A DNA stretch of 60,000 nucleotides, filler included, from Hausera hauseri (Eukaryota), in the NCBI GenBank assembly GCA_046269625.1. It is 12 parts of 12 records of this genome, joined end to end, with 100 filler letters (N's around TTAATTAATTAA, not from the genome) between each part and the next. Parts side by side here need not be neighbours in the genome. Positions count along the whole stretch, not along the records: positions 1 to 4,387 come from JBJURY010606221.1; positions 4,488 to 12,036 come from JBJURY010007456.1; positions 12,137 to 17,843 come from JBJURY010202415.1; 9 more parts are not named here. One strand, 5' to 3'. The notes under the pieces are model-generated. The model had not been told where the DNA came from and searched no databases. It saw only the letters and a program-made list of their open reading frames with translations. Of this stretch, positions 1 to 12,999 are shown piece by piece; position 1 is the stretch's first letter; each line of letters begins with the position of its first letter. A program made the position numbers and the translations under genes.

Positions 1-324
1 ATTTATCGATTAACCCCCCCTCTATCCGGGGGTCTGTGCCCGATATCCCATTTTCTCCCTACTATCAACCAGATGATGAACATCAATCATCCATTGAAGA
101 TAAATATCCAACTATTTATACACTTGTCTATCATCAACATTTTAAGGCAACAGGGCTATCCATAATGTTAATTTTGGCAGGTTATGCCTTAGAGAACTAT
201 ACAAAATTTATATCGTTAGCAGCATATAAGGCAGTGTCTGCATCTAGGGTCAATTGGTTGAATCGGACACCAACATGTTCGAGTGTGAGAGGGTTCCGGT
301 ACGGCTCTGTCTGCTAATTCTTTT

Positions 325-900
325 CCCCAGGGAGGCTTACGCGGCTAAGTTGACCGCCAAAGCCACAGGACTACGGCATCCATAGTTCTTTGAGCATTAT
401 GAGACCCACTTGTCGATAAGCATGATGCTAAGGAATTTTCCATGTAAAGACCGCCTTTAAATTTTTGTTTGCCATTCGCCAAGGAGGCCTGCAAATCGAA
501 ATTGACCACCAGTTTCGATGGGGCTCAACATTACAACTGTCATTCCTGAGCATTATGAGCAACCACAAGGACTTCGGTATGTATACACCACCTTTATTTT
601 TTTAAGAAAAATATTATCTTGTCCAAAGAGGTCTACACAGCGGAGCTGACCGCCAGATCCGCATGAACTCCGCCTTTCAGTCGTCCTTCACCACTACGAG
701 AGCTACTTATGGACAAGCATGTTGCCAAGGACTTCGTCATGTAAAAGCCGCGCTTTGTCTTTTAATTTGTCTCTTGCCCAAGGAGGCCTACACATCAGAG
801 CTGACCGCCAGAGCTGCAGGGACTCCGTCCTTCAGCCTTTCTTCAGTATTATGAGAGCTACTCTTGGACAACACAAAAATGATGTTAAGGACTTTGCTAC
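325..900 (+). repeat. Four degenerate tandem repeats of about 150 bp upstream of the pPolB pseudogene
   Basis: GAGG..T.C motif followed by GACC(G/A)CCA at 352, 504, 648 and 803 (spacing 152/144/155), each followed by a variant of CATTATGAG and later AAGGA(C/A)TT. Confidence 0.75.
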
Positions 901-1080
901 ATAATCGTAGCTGGAGCGACAGGTCACCAGCATCAACCAAGTCCGGGCTAACATTCGTGAACGTTGATACTTCAGTCTTTGTTCGTTACGGTCGAAATTC
1001 AGATACAAGTATCGGAATAGAAACTACTCTTTCAATCTTACATTCAAGAAAGATAATTTCTGTCCAAAAATATCCAATAT

Positions 1081-4040
1081 AATATATATCCCGGATGCGA
1101 GACTGTATGCGGCGCAGATTACATACTATTCTATTATGATCACAAACATCATTTGAGTCACTTCGCATCAAAATCAAAGAAGGCCATCTATAATGAGCAA
1201 CATAATATTGATGCATCTGCTTCGCAGTATCATGCTTCGCAGTATTCTGCCTCGCATTATGCTGCTGGATCTGGTGCAGCAGCTGCGAAACATCTTAGAG
1301 AATTGAAACGCGCATCAGCATCAGGCGCAGCCACATCATGCGCAGCAGCATCAGGTACGGCCACATCAGATGCACCGGCTCCAACAAAAAGTCAAAGACA
1401 GCGGCCAGTTGATGCGACAGCATTAAAGAGAAAATGCCGCATATATGTTATTGATGCAACTGGCCAAACAACACTCCAAGACTTCCTCTTATATACAAAG
1501 GACGAGACAGAGGGGATTCTCCAGGACAGCATGGCGGAACTCAAAGCCCTTAAGATGAATATGAAACTGGAGGCCACATACATCAACGTTGATGGCGAAG
1601 AATTCAATAGGGCGTTCAAGACCAAAAGTAGACCCATATTGAAAAACACCAATATAGTAGAATGGATGCAAGACACGCACGAGAAGCTGACCCATGAGGC
1701 TGAGGAAAGCCAGGATAAGAAGAGCGGATGGACTCTGGCAACCATCAAGAGACTGCTTATGTACTTGCACAAGTACTCTCCAATGCGAGGCAGTTCTTAT
1801 ATTCAGCTTTCGGAATGGCTCGTAGGGAAAAAGGCATGCATCAATGTTCTTAATGACGACAACAAGTGTTTCTTATATGCCATTCTATCAAAACTCGTAC
1901 GGGATCAACATAATTCTGCACGAGTTTGGCTATATAAGAATGTGCAATACAACTATGACTTCCAATGTATTAAGTTCTCACCATCCATAGATGAAGTCAA
2001 AAAATTCGGACGACTCAACAATATACCAATCAACATCATTGGATTGGATGAGGAGGACAAATTCTATCCCCTGCAGATATGTAATGTTGAATTGGAAGAC
2101 CATAGGGATCGGCTCATTCTAGGTGATGGGAAAAGAAACATTATGTTTGGATTAAGAACTTTGAACGTCTACTCAGATTTCAAATTACGAAACATCATGG
2201 ACAAATAGAAATATGTAAGCGATGTCTGTCTCATTTCAGTGGTGATACAGCAGTGGACAGCTTGCACAGCATAAGATGTACTGTAACAACAATTACTGTG
2301 TAAGGCCAGAATTTCCAAAGGAGGCTTATATTGAATTCACGGAGTTCGAAAAGAAGCTGAAAGTCCCAATAGTTATCTATTGCGACTTTGAAGCGATCCT
2401 GCGTCCGGTTTACAGCTGCACTCCCAGTCCTCGACATAACAGCACAACGGTATACCAATATCATAAACTCTCATTATATTGCATGTATGTTAAAGGACTG
2501 AACAGTGAACCATTTCTATTCAGATGTCCAGGTGGAGCAGCACATTTCATGAAACGACTTGAAGACATGGCTCATAAACTTGAAACATGCTTCAGCAGCA
2601 TAATGATAATATGAGCATGTCGTGGAAACAAGAAGATGAATGGCGCAAGGCAACAACATGTTACTTGTGCTCCAAATCATTCACTAAGAAGAATTATAAA
2701 GCCTGGGATCACTGCCATTTTATTGGAAAATATTGGGGGCGGCATGCAACAACCGAAATCTACGTTGCAAAACATGTATATATGTGCCTGTAGTGTTTCA
2801 TAATCTTAGTGGCTATGATTCCCATTTTATTGCTCGGGAACTGGGCAGCATTGAAGGAAATATTAATGTGATCCCTAATAGTGAGGAAAAATACATTACC
2901 TTTACAAAGCATGTTGGGAAAATCAAGCTTCGCTTCGTAGACAGTTTCCGTTTCATGTAGTCTTCACTTGACAGTTTAGTGAAGAATCGGCCTGCAGAAG
3001 AACTCAAGGAGAAGAAGCGGTTCTTCCCTACTACATTTGATATTTTAAAAAAGGAAAGAAATGCTTCCCTATCATTACATAACATCATGGGAAACACTTG
3101 ATGGGACCTCATTGCTGGCCAAGAAGGACATTGACAATATCTTCTCTGATTGCAATATTAGTGATATGGACTACGAGCATGCTCAAAACGTCTGGCATGC
3201 ATTCCAATGCCGAACATTAGGGAATACAGCTATATATATACCTCAAGATGGACGTGCTGCTTCTGACGGATGTCTTTGAGGGTTTCAAAGATGTTACGAT
3301 AAAGGGCCACGCATTGGATCCGGTTAATTTCCTTACGGCCCCAGGGATGAGTTGTGCAGATATGCTGAGATATACCGGTATTAGGCTGCAGATCAAAAAG
3401 GATTACGACATGACCCTCATGATTGAGACGGGCATTAGGGGCGGAATATGCCAGGCCATTCACCGATATAGCAAGGCCAACAACAAGTATATGGTCCAAT
3501 ATGATCCATCCAAGGAATCATCATATATCATACCTGGATGCCAACAAACTATATAGATAAGCAATGAGCGTCCCATTGCCATATGATAACTTCAAGTGGG
3601 TCAAGCATTCTGAATACATCCCTATACTGGACCTAGATGCCACTGGAGATACGGGATACATACTGGAGGTGGATATGGAATATCCGGCTTCTATCCACAC
3701 AAGGCTCAACAGCTGCCTTTCCTCCCTAAGAGCAAGCCTCGCCCCATGGAAAGTATAGAAAACTGCTCTGCCATCTGGATAGTAGGGAGAGGTATGTAGT
3801 CCACTACATCAAGCTCCAGCAGGAGGTCAGAAATGGACTCCGCATTACTAAAATTTATCAAGACCTGCAGTTCAGCCAGTCCAACTGACTGCAGACCTAC
3901 ATAGATCTCAAAACAAAGCTGTGGACAAATTCCAAGAACGATTTTAAGAAGGACCAGTAAAAGCTGTACAACCGCAGCGTTTTTGGCAAGACCATAGAGA
4001 ATATCCGCAACAGAATCAACATCAAATTGGTCTCTGAGTG
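1081..4040 (+). pseudogene. Polinton/Maverick (adintovirus-like) protein-primed family B DNA polymerase with endonuclease VII-like Zn insert, fragmented
   Basis: SGWTL..KYSPMRGSSYIQL..KKACINVLNDDNKCFLYAI; ExoI IYCDFEAIL; EndoVII-like CYLC..DHCH..GAACN; ExoII VVFHNLSGYDSHFI; ExoIII DVLLLTDVFEGF; IRGGI; motif A YLDANKLY (frameshifted); motif B SVFGKTIENIR. Many frameshifts and stops; truncated after motif B. Confidence 0.92.
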
Positions 4041-4387
4041 AAAGCGAGCAAAGAAGCTATTAGTTCGTATACAGGGATGACGGAATTTCAACAATTGTAT
4101 AAAACCAATAATTTCAATTGGGAAAATACTGTTAGTAGAGAACAACTTGTAGAACACAAATGTATTTTTTTAAAGAAAAAAGCACCAAAAATTACAGCGA
4201 ATTTAAACAACAAATTTTTTTTTAAATATTCTCGAAGTTTTTTTTTAATCAGTCACGAAATGGAAACAATGGTACTAATTCTTTTTTCCCATTTTGATAA
4301 AACCATAGATTTTTTTGATCATTAACACGGAATAGACGACGTGTTGAACTGTTCGGCAAAAAAATGAGTGTTCGACAAAACTTCATT

Positions 4388-4487
4388 NNNNNNNNNNNNN
4401 NNNNNNNNNNNNNNNNNNNNNNNNNNNNNNNTTAATTAATTAANNNNNNNNNNNNNNNNNNNNNNNNNNNNNNNNNNNNNNNNNNNN
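4388..4487. other. Artificial contig spacer N44-TTAATTAATTAA-N44 (stops in all six frames); recurs at 12037, 17844, 22024, 26929, 32322, 36815, 41108, 46387, 50737 and 54860
   Basis: The same 100-bp block occurs 11 times; adjacency across it carries no biological information. Confidence 0.98.
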
Positions 4488-4890
4488 CTCGACAGAAGTG
4501 GAGCTAGTCGGGGCATTACATTAAACAAATCCAAAGGCTCCCAAAATATTGAAAGGAACGGACAACGTATTGAAGAAATGAAGGAAAAAACAGAGGAAAA
4601 GGTACGGAGGTTTATAAAAAGGAAACGTTTTGGGACAGAAACAAAGAAATTCGATTTATAGAAAGTCAAAACGACAGCTTCCATGAATAGGGGATTTTTC
4701 CCTGGAAGGACTGACGGAAAGGCAGATCACGTACGATAAACTACAAGGACGGCCAAGTATAAAAATAAAAATACAAGGTAGATGGGAAGACTGCCTATTG
4801 AACACAAGGGCACAGGTGAACGTAATGAGTAAGAAGATTTTTGAAATATTGATATATGTCCAGCTGCAGAAATCAAACACTCGACCTACT
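4488..4890 (+). mobile_element. Ty3/gypsy gag-protease relic
   Basis: RPSIKIKIQGRWEDCLLNTRAQVNVMSKKIF is a decayed retropepsin LLDTGAxxNV motif. Confidence 0.55.
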
Positions 4891-6498
4891 AAGATGGCGA
4901 TTAGTGTAATTTTCCTACATTTTTCGATCGGTTATTTTCCAGAGGGTGGACCCATTGCCGATTTTTGGGGTTTTCCATCGTTATTCCTTTTTGGAATAGG
5001 TTATTTCTATTCGGACAACTTTAACGAGTAGCACTCGTCATGGGCCTTCGTTTAATATACTACTCGATACTGGATTCCATTCCCAGTGCACACATACATC
5101 AGAGTTTGTATCGCTAGCATTACATCATGAGTTGACAATTTCCGTTCCGTTTGACTATTCATAGACCGAATGTTAATGGATCATCAACCGTTTGTCGATA
5201 ACGTTTGCCAGTTCCTTAAAACCCATAGGCCGGTTCTGTATCACTTTTTCTACATCCCTCTGTGAAGCTGAGTTACATCCAATCGATATCTTTCCTTCAC
5301 CATTCAATGCGCTCTTCGTGTCCCATCATTTCTATGTGCCACACATCACCATTCATCATTTCCTTCTAACGTCCACATTTTTGACATCGTTTCCCAGCTT
5401 CCTGTATGCATCGTACATAATCACCGATGGGATTATTGAAATCTCCATTGTCCAATTGACAAATCCCGTACCTGTGTGCGCATCAAGCACGCTTTCTATT
5501 GGCTATGTTTACTTGTGTAATTCATTTCCATACTGTTTTATATATTATTTTGTATACAATCTGCCCAAATTGGCGGTTCGCAAAAATGTTGCCCAGAGTC
5601 AGCGGGACTTTTAGAAAGAAGAAAAATATTTTTAATTAACTAATTAGTCACAGAGCACTACCTTTGTGATTAACCAATATAACAAGTCAGATGATTGTTT
5701 CCATATTGGAAAATCACGAAGACAGTCATTTATTTTCTTGACATAAATAAATAGTCTTTGAAATAACTTTCAACATTTTTAAAATTGTTTGTATCACTTA
5801 ATTCATTTCTTAAAATCAAATACTCTAACATCATATACCCTGAAGATAATGGTAGGGGAAAAGGTAATCAATGTCAGTATGCTTTAAAAATTGAACAATA
5901 ATTCTTGCATAAATTTAATAAATTCTTGTATTTTAGTCTGGCACAATCAGTGATCAATTTTGATATTTCGGATTATTTAAAAATACGAAAGATATTATGG
6001 CTTGATTAAGAATATTGAATTGTCTAAAGTAATGCAGTCCACAAACCATTTTGATGAAAATCAGGCATCTACAAGCAATGTCAAAGATAACCAAACGTTT
6101 AAATCTTCTTTTCCTTCTGATCTTATTAAGGGAAAAGCGCTTTGCCATATACTGCAGCCAAATAATTCAGTGATTTACAGTCTATTTCTGAGTTACCGCC
6201 GAAGTGGGGTGATATAACTGATGATGTATATCAAGATGCTCAGTGTGGTTGCCCAAAATATAACTGTACAAATATGTTATACAACATGTTTATTCATACG
6301 AAACTTGACTTCTATTTTCTGTCATATTTTTGAGCGGTTTAGGAAGAAGTGAAGTCGCAAGATGCTTTAGAGGTAATTAATTTTGTTTGTAACTAACAGT
6401 CTAACTGTATGATCAATGATATTGCTATTGACATGGTGTTGACGTGGTGTTGACCTAAGATCTCGACTGTTAACTGCAATGACTGCAAATAGCCAACC

Positions 6499-6660
6499 GG
6501 GGACTTCCAACTATGATGTCAATGATCTTGTATATTATGGTAGACTCTGCAGTTACTGGAAAATTTAAAAATGAAAATAAGTGAACTGTTACTTACTAGG
6601 ATGTGATTTTGTTACTGCCAGAGTGATACCCTCTGAAAACCGAGAATAAAGCTATAAAAG
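6499..6660 (+). promoter_or_regulatory. Candidate promoter: NF-kB consensus site plus TATA box upstream of the MATH ORF
   Basis: GGGGACTTCC (6499-6508) fits GGGRNNYYCC; TATAAAAG at 6653-6660, about 100 bp upstream of ATG 6760. Confidence 0.35.
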
Positions 6661-6759
6661 TGTATATATGTGGATATAAACTTCCACGTGTCTTTCCTGT
6701 TCTCAGATTGGTTGGATTTTTGTATATATCACTGTATATTTACTCTGAATTCATTTATT

Positions 6760-7179
6760 ATGAATACCTTCACTTGAAGATTAGAAAACTTTAAGGATCA
6801 CAAGAACAGTGTTACAATATACAGTGATGCCTTCAGTCCTCTGCAGAACTATTTCTGTATTCGAGTTTATCCGGATGGTGATGGTATCGGAAAAAATACC
6901 AATTTATCAGTATTCTTCGCAATTGTGAAAGGTAAACACGACTATACTTTGCAATGGCATTTCCTTTGGGCAATTGAAATGTTCTTACTGAATGGAAAAG
7001 GTGAAGTGATCTGCTATGACAAAATGAAAGCAGACAGCAAATCAGTACGTTACATAAAACCAGAAAACGTATGCAACATAACAAGTGAATTCCCAACATT
7101 TATTCGATTAACAAAACTGGAACCTCTTCCTTTGGTAAATGTCGACACTTTAATCGTAAAATTAGATTTGTATCACTAA
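6760..7179 (+). pseudogene. Stand-alone TRAF-type MATH domain ORF (about 139 codons) with one in-frame TGA at codon 6
   Basis: MNTFT*RLENF..YFCIRVYPDGDGIGKNTNLSVFFAIVKGKHDYTLQWHF..SEFPTFI..DTLIVKLD matches the TRAF-C pattern (CxRxYxNGDGxGKGTHLSxFFxxMxGxYDxxLxWPF..GCPxF..DDTIFIK). TGA at 6775-6777 replaces the conserved Trp. Confidence 0.8.
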
Positions 7180-9207
7180 TCAAACAGCCAGAAATGCCAC
7201 GTAACAGAAAACTATTTCTGTATGAGCCACAGAAATTTCCCGATTTGAACAACTAACAGAAACATGTCTTTGCAGTGACGCGTGTTTTGTAATGAAAGGA
7301 GAATGAATTCTTTGTAAATGTTGTGCATTAGTGAATATTTATTCCTCGGTCTCATTTATTTGTAACAAACACGTACAATTTCTGTTATAATGCGATTACT
7401 TTCTGGACATTGCGTTTTTATGGGACGACATTTACAACACAGCCAAATGACCACACATAAGAAATGGAGTATCTACTCTATTTTCATTACATACAACACA
7501 AATAAGCTGACATTTTATTACTTTGTCCAATATTTTTCTTTTACATTATTTAATTCAAAACAGAATATTTCAACAGTATTGAAGTAATCTGTATCATACA
7601 GTCGATGAATATTACTATCAACTGCTTTCCACCATCTTGCATAACTCTAGAATTGATAATCCATCAAAATTGCTTTAACTGTTCCTCTATTTCCATAATA
7701 GTTTAACCAACACCATATACCTCTCATAAATACCGTTTTTGTACAAAATTCAATTTTTTTCGCGCTCTTGAATCTATACAGTACACCCACTTGTGTGTAT
7801 TCCTCACAACTATGTATGCGTACCATCCCCACCATATTAATCATGTGTGTATCAATTTCTCTCACACATTACTCATGTCCAAACTAGTTAGTTTCAACTC
7901 CTCACAGGGAGGGTTGGGGCTTGATCCAGTGCGCTCACTTCTATCTATTAGCAGCACAAACCTCATTTTTCTACTGTTTGTATAATGATTTGGTCAGTAA
8001 GAAGCATCCCGACGAGTGTCCAAAATGTTGATAAGTTTCTAATGAGAGAGCTTAGCAATGAACTGATTTTCAATTTTTAGTTCTTCTGTCCAATTAATTT
8101 TAATAACATGTACCTGTCAAATGCTTTCATCAGTAACTTCAACTTTCATATTAGACACTCTTTTCCCAACTTACTAATCAGGTATACGGTATTTAATCTC
8201 ATATCTTCATCTTGATCTGCACATATAACAAGAAGCAACTGATTTAAATGGGAAAAAATGCATTTCGTTGAAAAGATTTGCCAATAACTTTTCCTTCAAA
8301 ACAAATGATTAAAATAATAAAAAATCGATAAATTTGATTTATGGAATTCAATAAAAATGATTATTGTGATACAACAAACGTCAATACCAATTAGAAAAGT
8401 GGAGATGTTATTCTAATACAAAATTACTACAAATTCAGAAATGTACCCCTACTGTAGTATGTTGCATGTCATCACTGAGTCGTGAATGAGTTATTAGAAA
8501 GTAGGTCAATGTCTGCAAATATTTCATTTAGCTTTGTGTTTGAATTTTATTTTTATTGTAATCATAATTGTAAATAATCCATATTTGCATCAGTGAACAG
8601 ATCAATTTGAATAATATCTGATGGGTTTGTAATTTTCATATTTCACAAAATAATCAATATTTTGTGTAGTTGGGCAAATTTTAATGATTTAGCCAATCTA
8701 AAATTGTTGATCTATTTATAGTAACAACATTTTTATAATCAATTAAAGGAACATTTACTTGGTGATATAAAATGGTCAGTTCTATTGATTCTTTTTGTTA
8801 CTTTACTTATTGTGTTCAGTGTTACCACCATTGTTGATGATCATTACCGTGACTGTTGCTATATGTAATATTACTCATCAATTCTGAATTTTAAATCTGA
8901 AATGACAGCCATTTTAACTTCACAATAAAATGTCTGACAGAATTTTCTAATATGACCTTATCAAATCAAATGAAATAAAATTACAAATGCCAAATAATAA
9001 TGAGATAATAATTTAATTCCGTAGAAATATTCGAATAAATAAAAGCATCCAATTATGATAAACATTCGAAATTTATGTCAATAAACAACAAATTTATGGC
9101 GCATCAAAAATATTTACAAATCAACAAAACTATTCTGCATATTTTGACAATGAATGTCATTTGATAAGTCATTTGTACATTTCTACAAATTGCCAACAGC
9201 ACCATTG

Positions 9208-11345
9208 TCATCTGTCTGCACCTCCTACTGCTCCTATTGATTGAGAATGTCCACTGTATTCCTGTTGTGCTATTTTGTCAATAGAGTCCATATTTTGTCT
9301 ATTTTCATTGAATATTTCATGTTCCAGCAATGCTGCACAATTTGGTCGGTCGTCAGGATTGACTTGGAGACACAATGTTACAAATTCATTCAATGTCGTA
9401 CTCAATGTTGATGGAAATTCGAATTCCAATTTCTGTTTTGTGTACAACTGCATGGCAACTGCTGGTGCAGACATTCCATGAAAAGGAGGGCGACCTACAG
9501 CAGAACAATTAAACAATAGAAAACTATCACAAACCAGTTGTAATTTCTACAAGTGTGGCCCCAAATGACCACACATCACATTTCAGTCCATAATTTGGTT
9601 TGCGGTTGTTCATAATGTCACCCATGACCTCAATGGCCATGTAGTTCCATGTCGTTACTTGTGTCTTGGCACCTTCATTTTCTAATTTCCCTGTGTCACC
9701 CTCCAGACATTTGGATACACCAAAATCAGTTAATTTAACTGACTCATTCTCATCAAGAAGGACGTTGGCACCTTTCAAATCTCGATGAATTATTTTGTGG
9801 TCATGGAGATATTTCAGTCCTTGTAGAATCTCCTGGGACAGTCGCACAATTTTTGATTCTACCAATGGATGATGGTCATTCAAATGAGATGTGAGAGATT
9901 CCTGAATGTATGCAGTCAAATGATGGATATGACAACATTATTGCTACCTTCATACAGTCCATCATGATGTAGAAGAAGTCGTCGTCCTCAAAAAATTGTC
10001 GAAATTGAATAATTCGATTGTGTCGTCCAATTCGTGCAGCAACAAGCACTTCCGTTTTGTAACTGTCACTTCCTGTCAATTCAATTTGTTTAACAGCAAA
10101 TATTTCGTCACTATTCGCAATGCGGCATTTGTAGACAGAACCGTAACTGCCACGGCCGAGGTGTCCGCCACCAATTTTAGTCACATTTGTCTCATATCTA
10201 AGCAAAATGATGATAATTAAACAGGAACAATCCATACGGCAGTACGACAGCATAATGGATGACATCATCAATGCTTCTGATGCTGGTGTCGTTATTGACT
10301 ATGCCGTTGTTACTGACCAACAATATTCTGCATCCAGTACCATCAATGAATGACGATACCTTACGAATGACATCTGCTGCATCCTTACATTCATTACATA
10401 ACATTGCCAACATAGTCCCATCATCTGTGATGCTGCGTACCAAAATGTACCGCTGACTGACCCTACACAAATTAATTGACAACATCAATACATTGTGTTA
10501 CCATTGAGATATGAATTCTGCTGTCCTATGCTGCATATTGGCTATTTTTGGTATAAAATGGACGTTACTTATACATTTCTGAATAACTGTCACTTGTCCT
10601 TCTTGTACCACATTTTGACTGACCAATTTATGATGCCCATCTTTGTCATAGAACATCAGCAATTGGCTTCTCATCGATACCAATCTGGTGAATTGTTCAT
10701 CACAAATTTGTCAATGAAGGAACATTTTGTTATACCTTCTCATCCACTTCATTGCCATACATTCATCCCATTTATCATCAGAAATGACCATTTGCAATTG
10801 TGCACGATACTCCATCTTCAGAAAGTCAATAAATACATCTTTCATGTCCTTAATTGTCATGTTCTGCATCATCAGTATGTTCACAGACTCTGCTGCATTG
10901 TCAATTCTGTCCTCCATGTGATGCAAATTGACACAAACTAACAAATGTTGTCTAAATGTGTAATTTCAATGCAAATTACACCACAACACAAAATTACATC
11001 CAATTTGTGTGTATCACTGATGTTTTCAATTGCAATTCAATATCAAATGAGTTTGTCGAATTTCCACTAATTTCATGACGAATTATGTCAATGTCCCAGT
11101 GCCGCAATTTCCTCACAATATCTTCTACATCATCACCAGCAGCAACGTATTCCTCATAGCACAATTCATCACAGACCAATGGAATTACACCAGCAGATGA
11201 CATAACAAATCTAACATGGGAATATTCATTTAACATGTGGACAACAATTCGTACTGTTGCAGAGATGGTGAGTTGCAAATTATGACTGGTCTTGTCAATG
11301 AATGAAGATTTTCTTGAATAGTTCTGACGTCACTGATTACGTCAT
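9208..11345 (-). CDS. MAP3K/STE11-like Ser/Thr kinase (about 593 aa) with an unassigned N-terminal region; 9 exons
   Basis: GRGSYGSVY, FAVK, HRDLKGANVLL, DFG, DVWSFG, RPPF, RP. GT-AG introns at 11291-11340, 11211-11254, 10952-10997, 10685-10735, 10463-10501, 10198-10237, 9902-9947 and 9495-9534 give one 1782-nt open frame. The first exon is least certain (alternative in-frame ATG at 11430). Confidence 0.88.
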
Positions 11346-11866
11346 AAATTTTGTATTGTCGGAATGCGATGGAAAATTGAGTGAAATGGAAAATTTTGTA
11401 TTCCTTTAAAATAAATGAAAATTGTGACATGAATTCGTGAAATATATTTGTTTAAATAAATAGATAAAACTATTTTGAATTAATTTCATTGATTATTTAA
11501 AATTGGTAAATCATTACATAAAATTCAAATTGGATATTTAAAATTTGATTTGATATCAATCTTAAAAATAGTGGCTCAGATAAATAAATAATATTTATTT
11601 TAAATTTGTTTCAAAAATTGGAATTAAAATAAATGATTTTTTAAAAACTTTAAAACTAGTCCACAGAACTCTGGCTTGTTCCGTTAACAAGAATTCGCAT
11701 AACTGGCCGTGGGAAAAATTTGTATGCATGAATCATCTTCCAGCCATCGTTTTGCTTCATCCGTAAATGAGCCATCAAATTGCCGAAGTGTGGCATCGTA
11801 GTATTTCCGGAAGTGTTCGTAATAGTCCGGAGGACTCGAATTACCCGGTTCCATGGTTCTAGAAAT

Positions 11867-11950
11867 AGTTGTATTATGAGGGCTATGGGCCGGCCCCTCA
11901 AATTTTTAAAAAAAATTTAAAGACCGACTCATATCCCTCATAATACAACT
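11867..11950. repeat. Imperfect 27-bp inverted repeat (hairpin, possible MITE or palindromic repeat)
   Basis: AGTTGTATTATGAGGGCTATGGGCCGG (11867-11893) pairs with CCGACTCATATCCCTCATAATACAACT (11924-11950), 3 mismatches. Confidence 0.8.
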
Positions 11951-12136
11951 ACTCCCAACAGTTCAATTATAAAAATATTCAATAAAAAATGAGCGCAAAT
12001 AATTCTGATTGTAAATTTTGTGAAATAGGTCTAATTNNNNNNNNNNNNNNNNNNNNNNNNNNNNNNNNNNNNNNNNNNNNTTAATTAATTAANNNNNNNN
12101 NNNNNNNNNNNNNNNNNNNNNNNNNNNNNNNNNNNN

Positions 12137-12862
12137 ATTCCAAGCAGGTCCATTAACAAAATTTTATCGTTACACTTGCATAAAAAATATCTCTTGGCTA
12201 TATGGGCGCCGTACAAGTTGACTGAAGAACATAATGTAAACAGAATGGATGGCGCAAGGGCATTATTGAATACTTTTTCGAGGCGGATTATGAATAGAGT
12301 TATCGTTACAGACGAAAAGTGGATATATTTCGACTGTGTTTCCTATTACTGAACAATGTCTTTGACTGGATAACACAGGAGATCGTCCCAAAGTTGCCCG
12401 GTAAAAATGGATGAATAGGAAGTGTTTGCGGCTTATGGCGTGCAATTTTTTATCAATTGTTAAACTACGACGAAACTGTCAACGCGGAAATTTATGCTGA
12501 GTTCTTATATGATATGATTCAACGCTTCCAACATATAATTCCACTCTTGACAGCTGAAAATATGCTACCTATGCATGACAATGCACGCCCCCATACAGCG
12601 GGAGTTATAACATAATTTTTAGAAAGGCATCATTTAGTCACAATACCACAAGAACCACATTAACCAGATTTCAACCTTCAATATCGATACGTATTTCGTA
12701 ATTATAAAGTTTTTAGGCGCGGTATGAATTTTGATAAACTTGATAACGTACGGAACTCGGTTGATCAATATGTAGCAACTTTTACATCATCTGATTTCAA
12801 CAAGCAATACAGAGAGCTTAAAGAACATCTTCAAAATGTTATTAATTTGAATTGGGATTAGC
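12137..12862 (+). mobile_element. mariner (Tc1/mariner) transposase relic
   Basis: WAPYKLTEEH (WVPHEL-like), VIVTDEKWIY, MHDNARPHTA, PH*PDFN (YSPDL-like); stops and frameshifts. Confidence 0.85.
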
Positions 12863-12999
12863 TGTAAATTGATTGATTCATATTCACTACAATAATTTAT
12901 AGTACATTTACATCTTTCTGTATTTTTCATTAACAACTCATAATGAAACCAAAATAAAATTTATTGTAGAAACAAATGTATTTCAAATTAACTCAGAAT

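Noticed and set aside
325-900. CRISPR-like periodicity
   Set aside because: Eukaryotic context, no identical repeats with unique spacers, and no cas genes.
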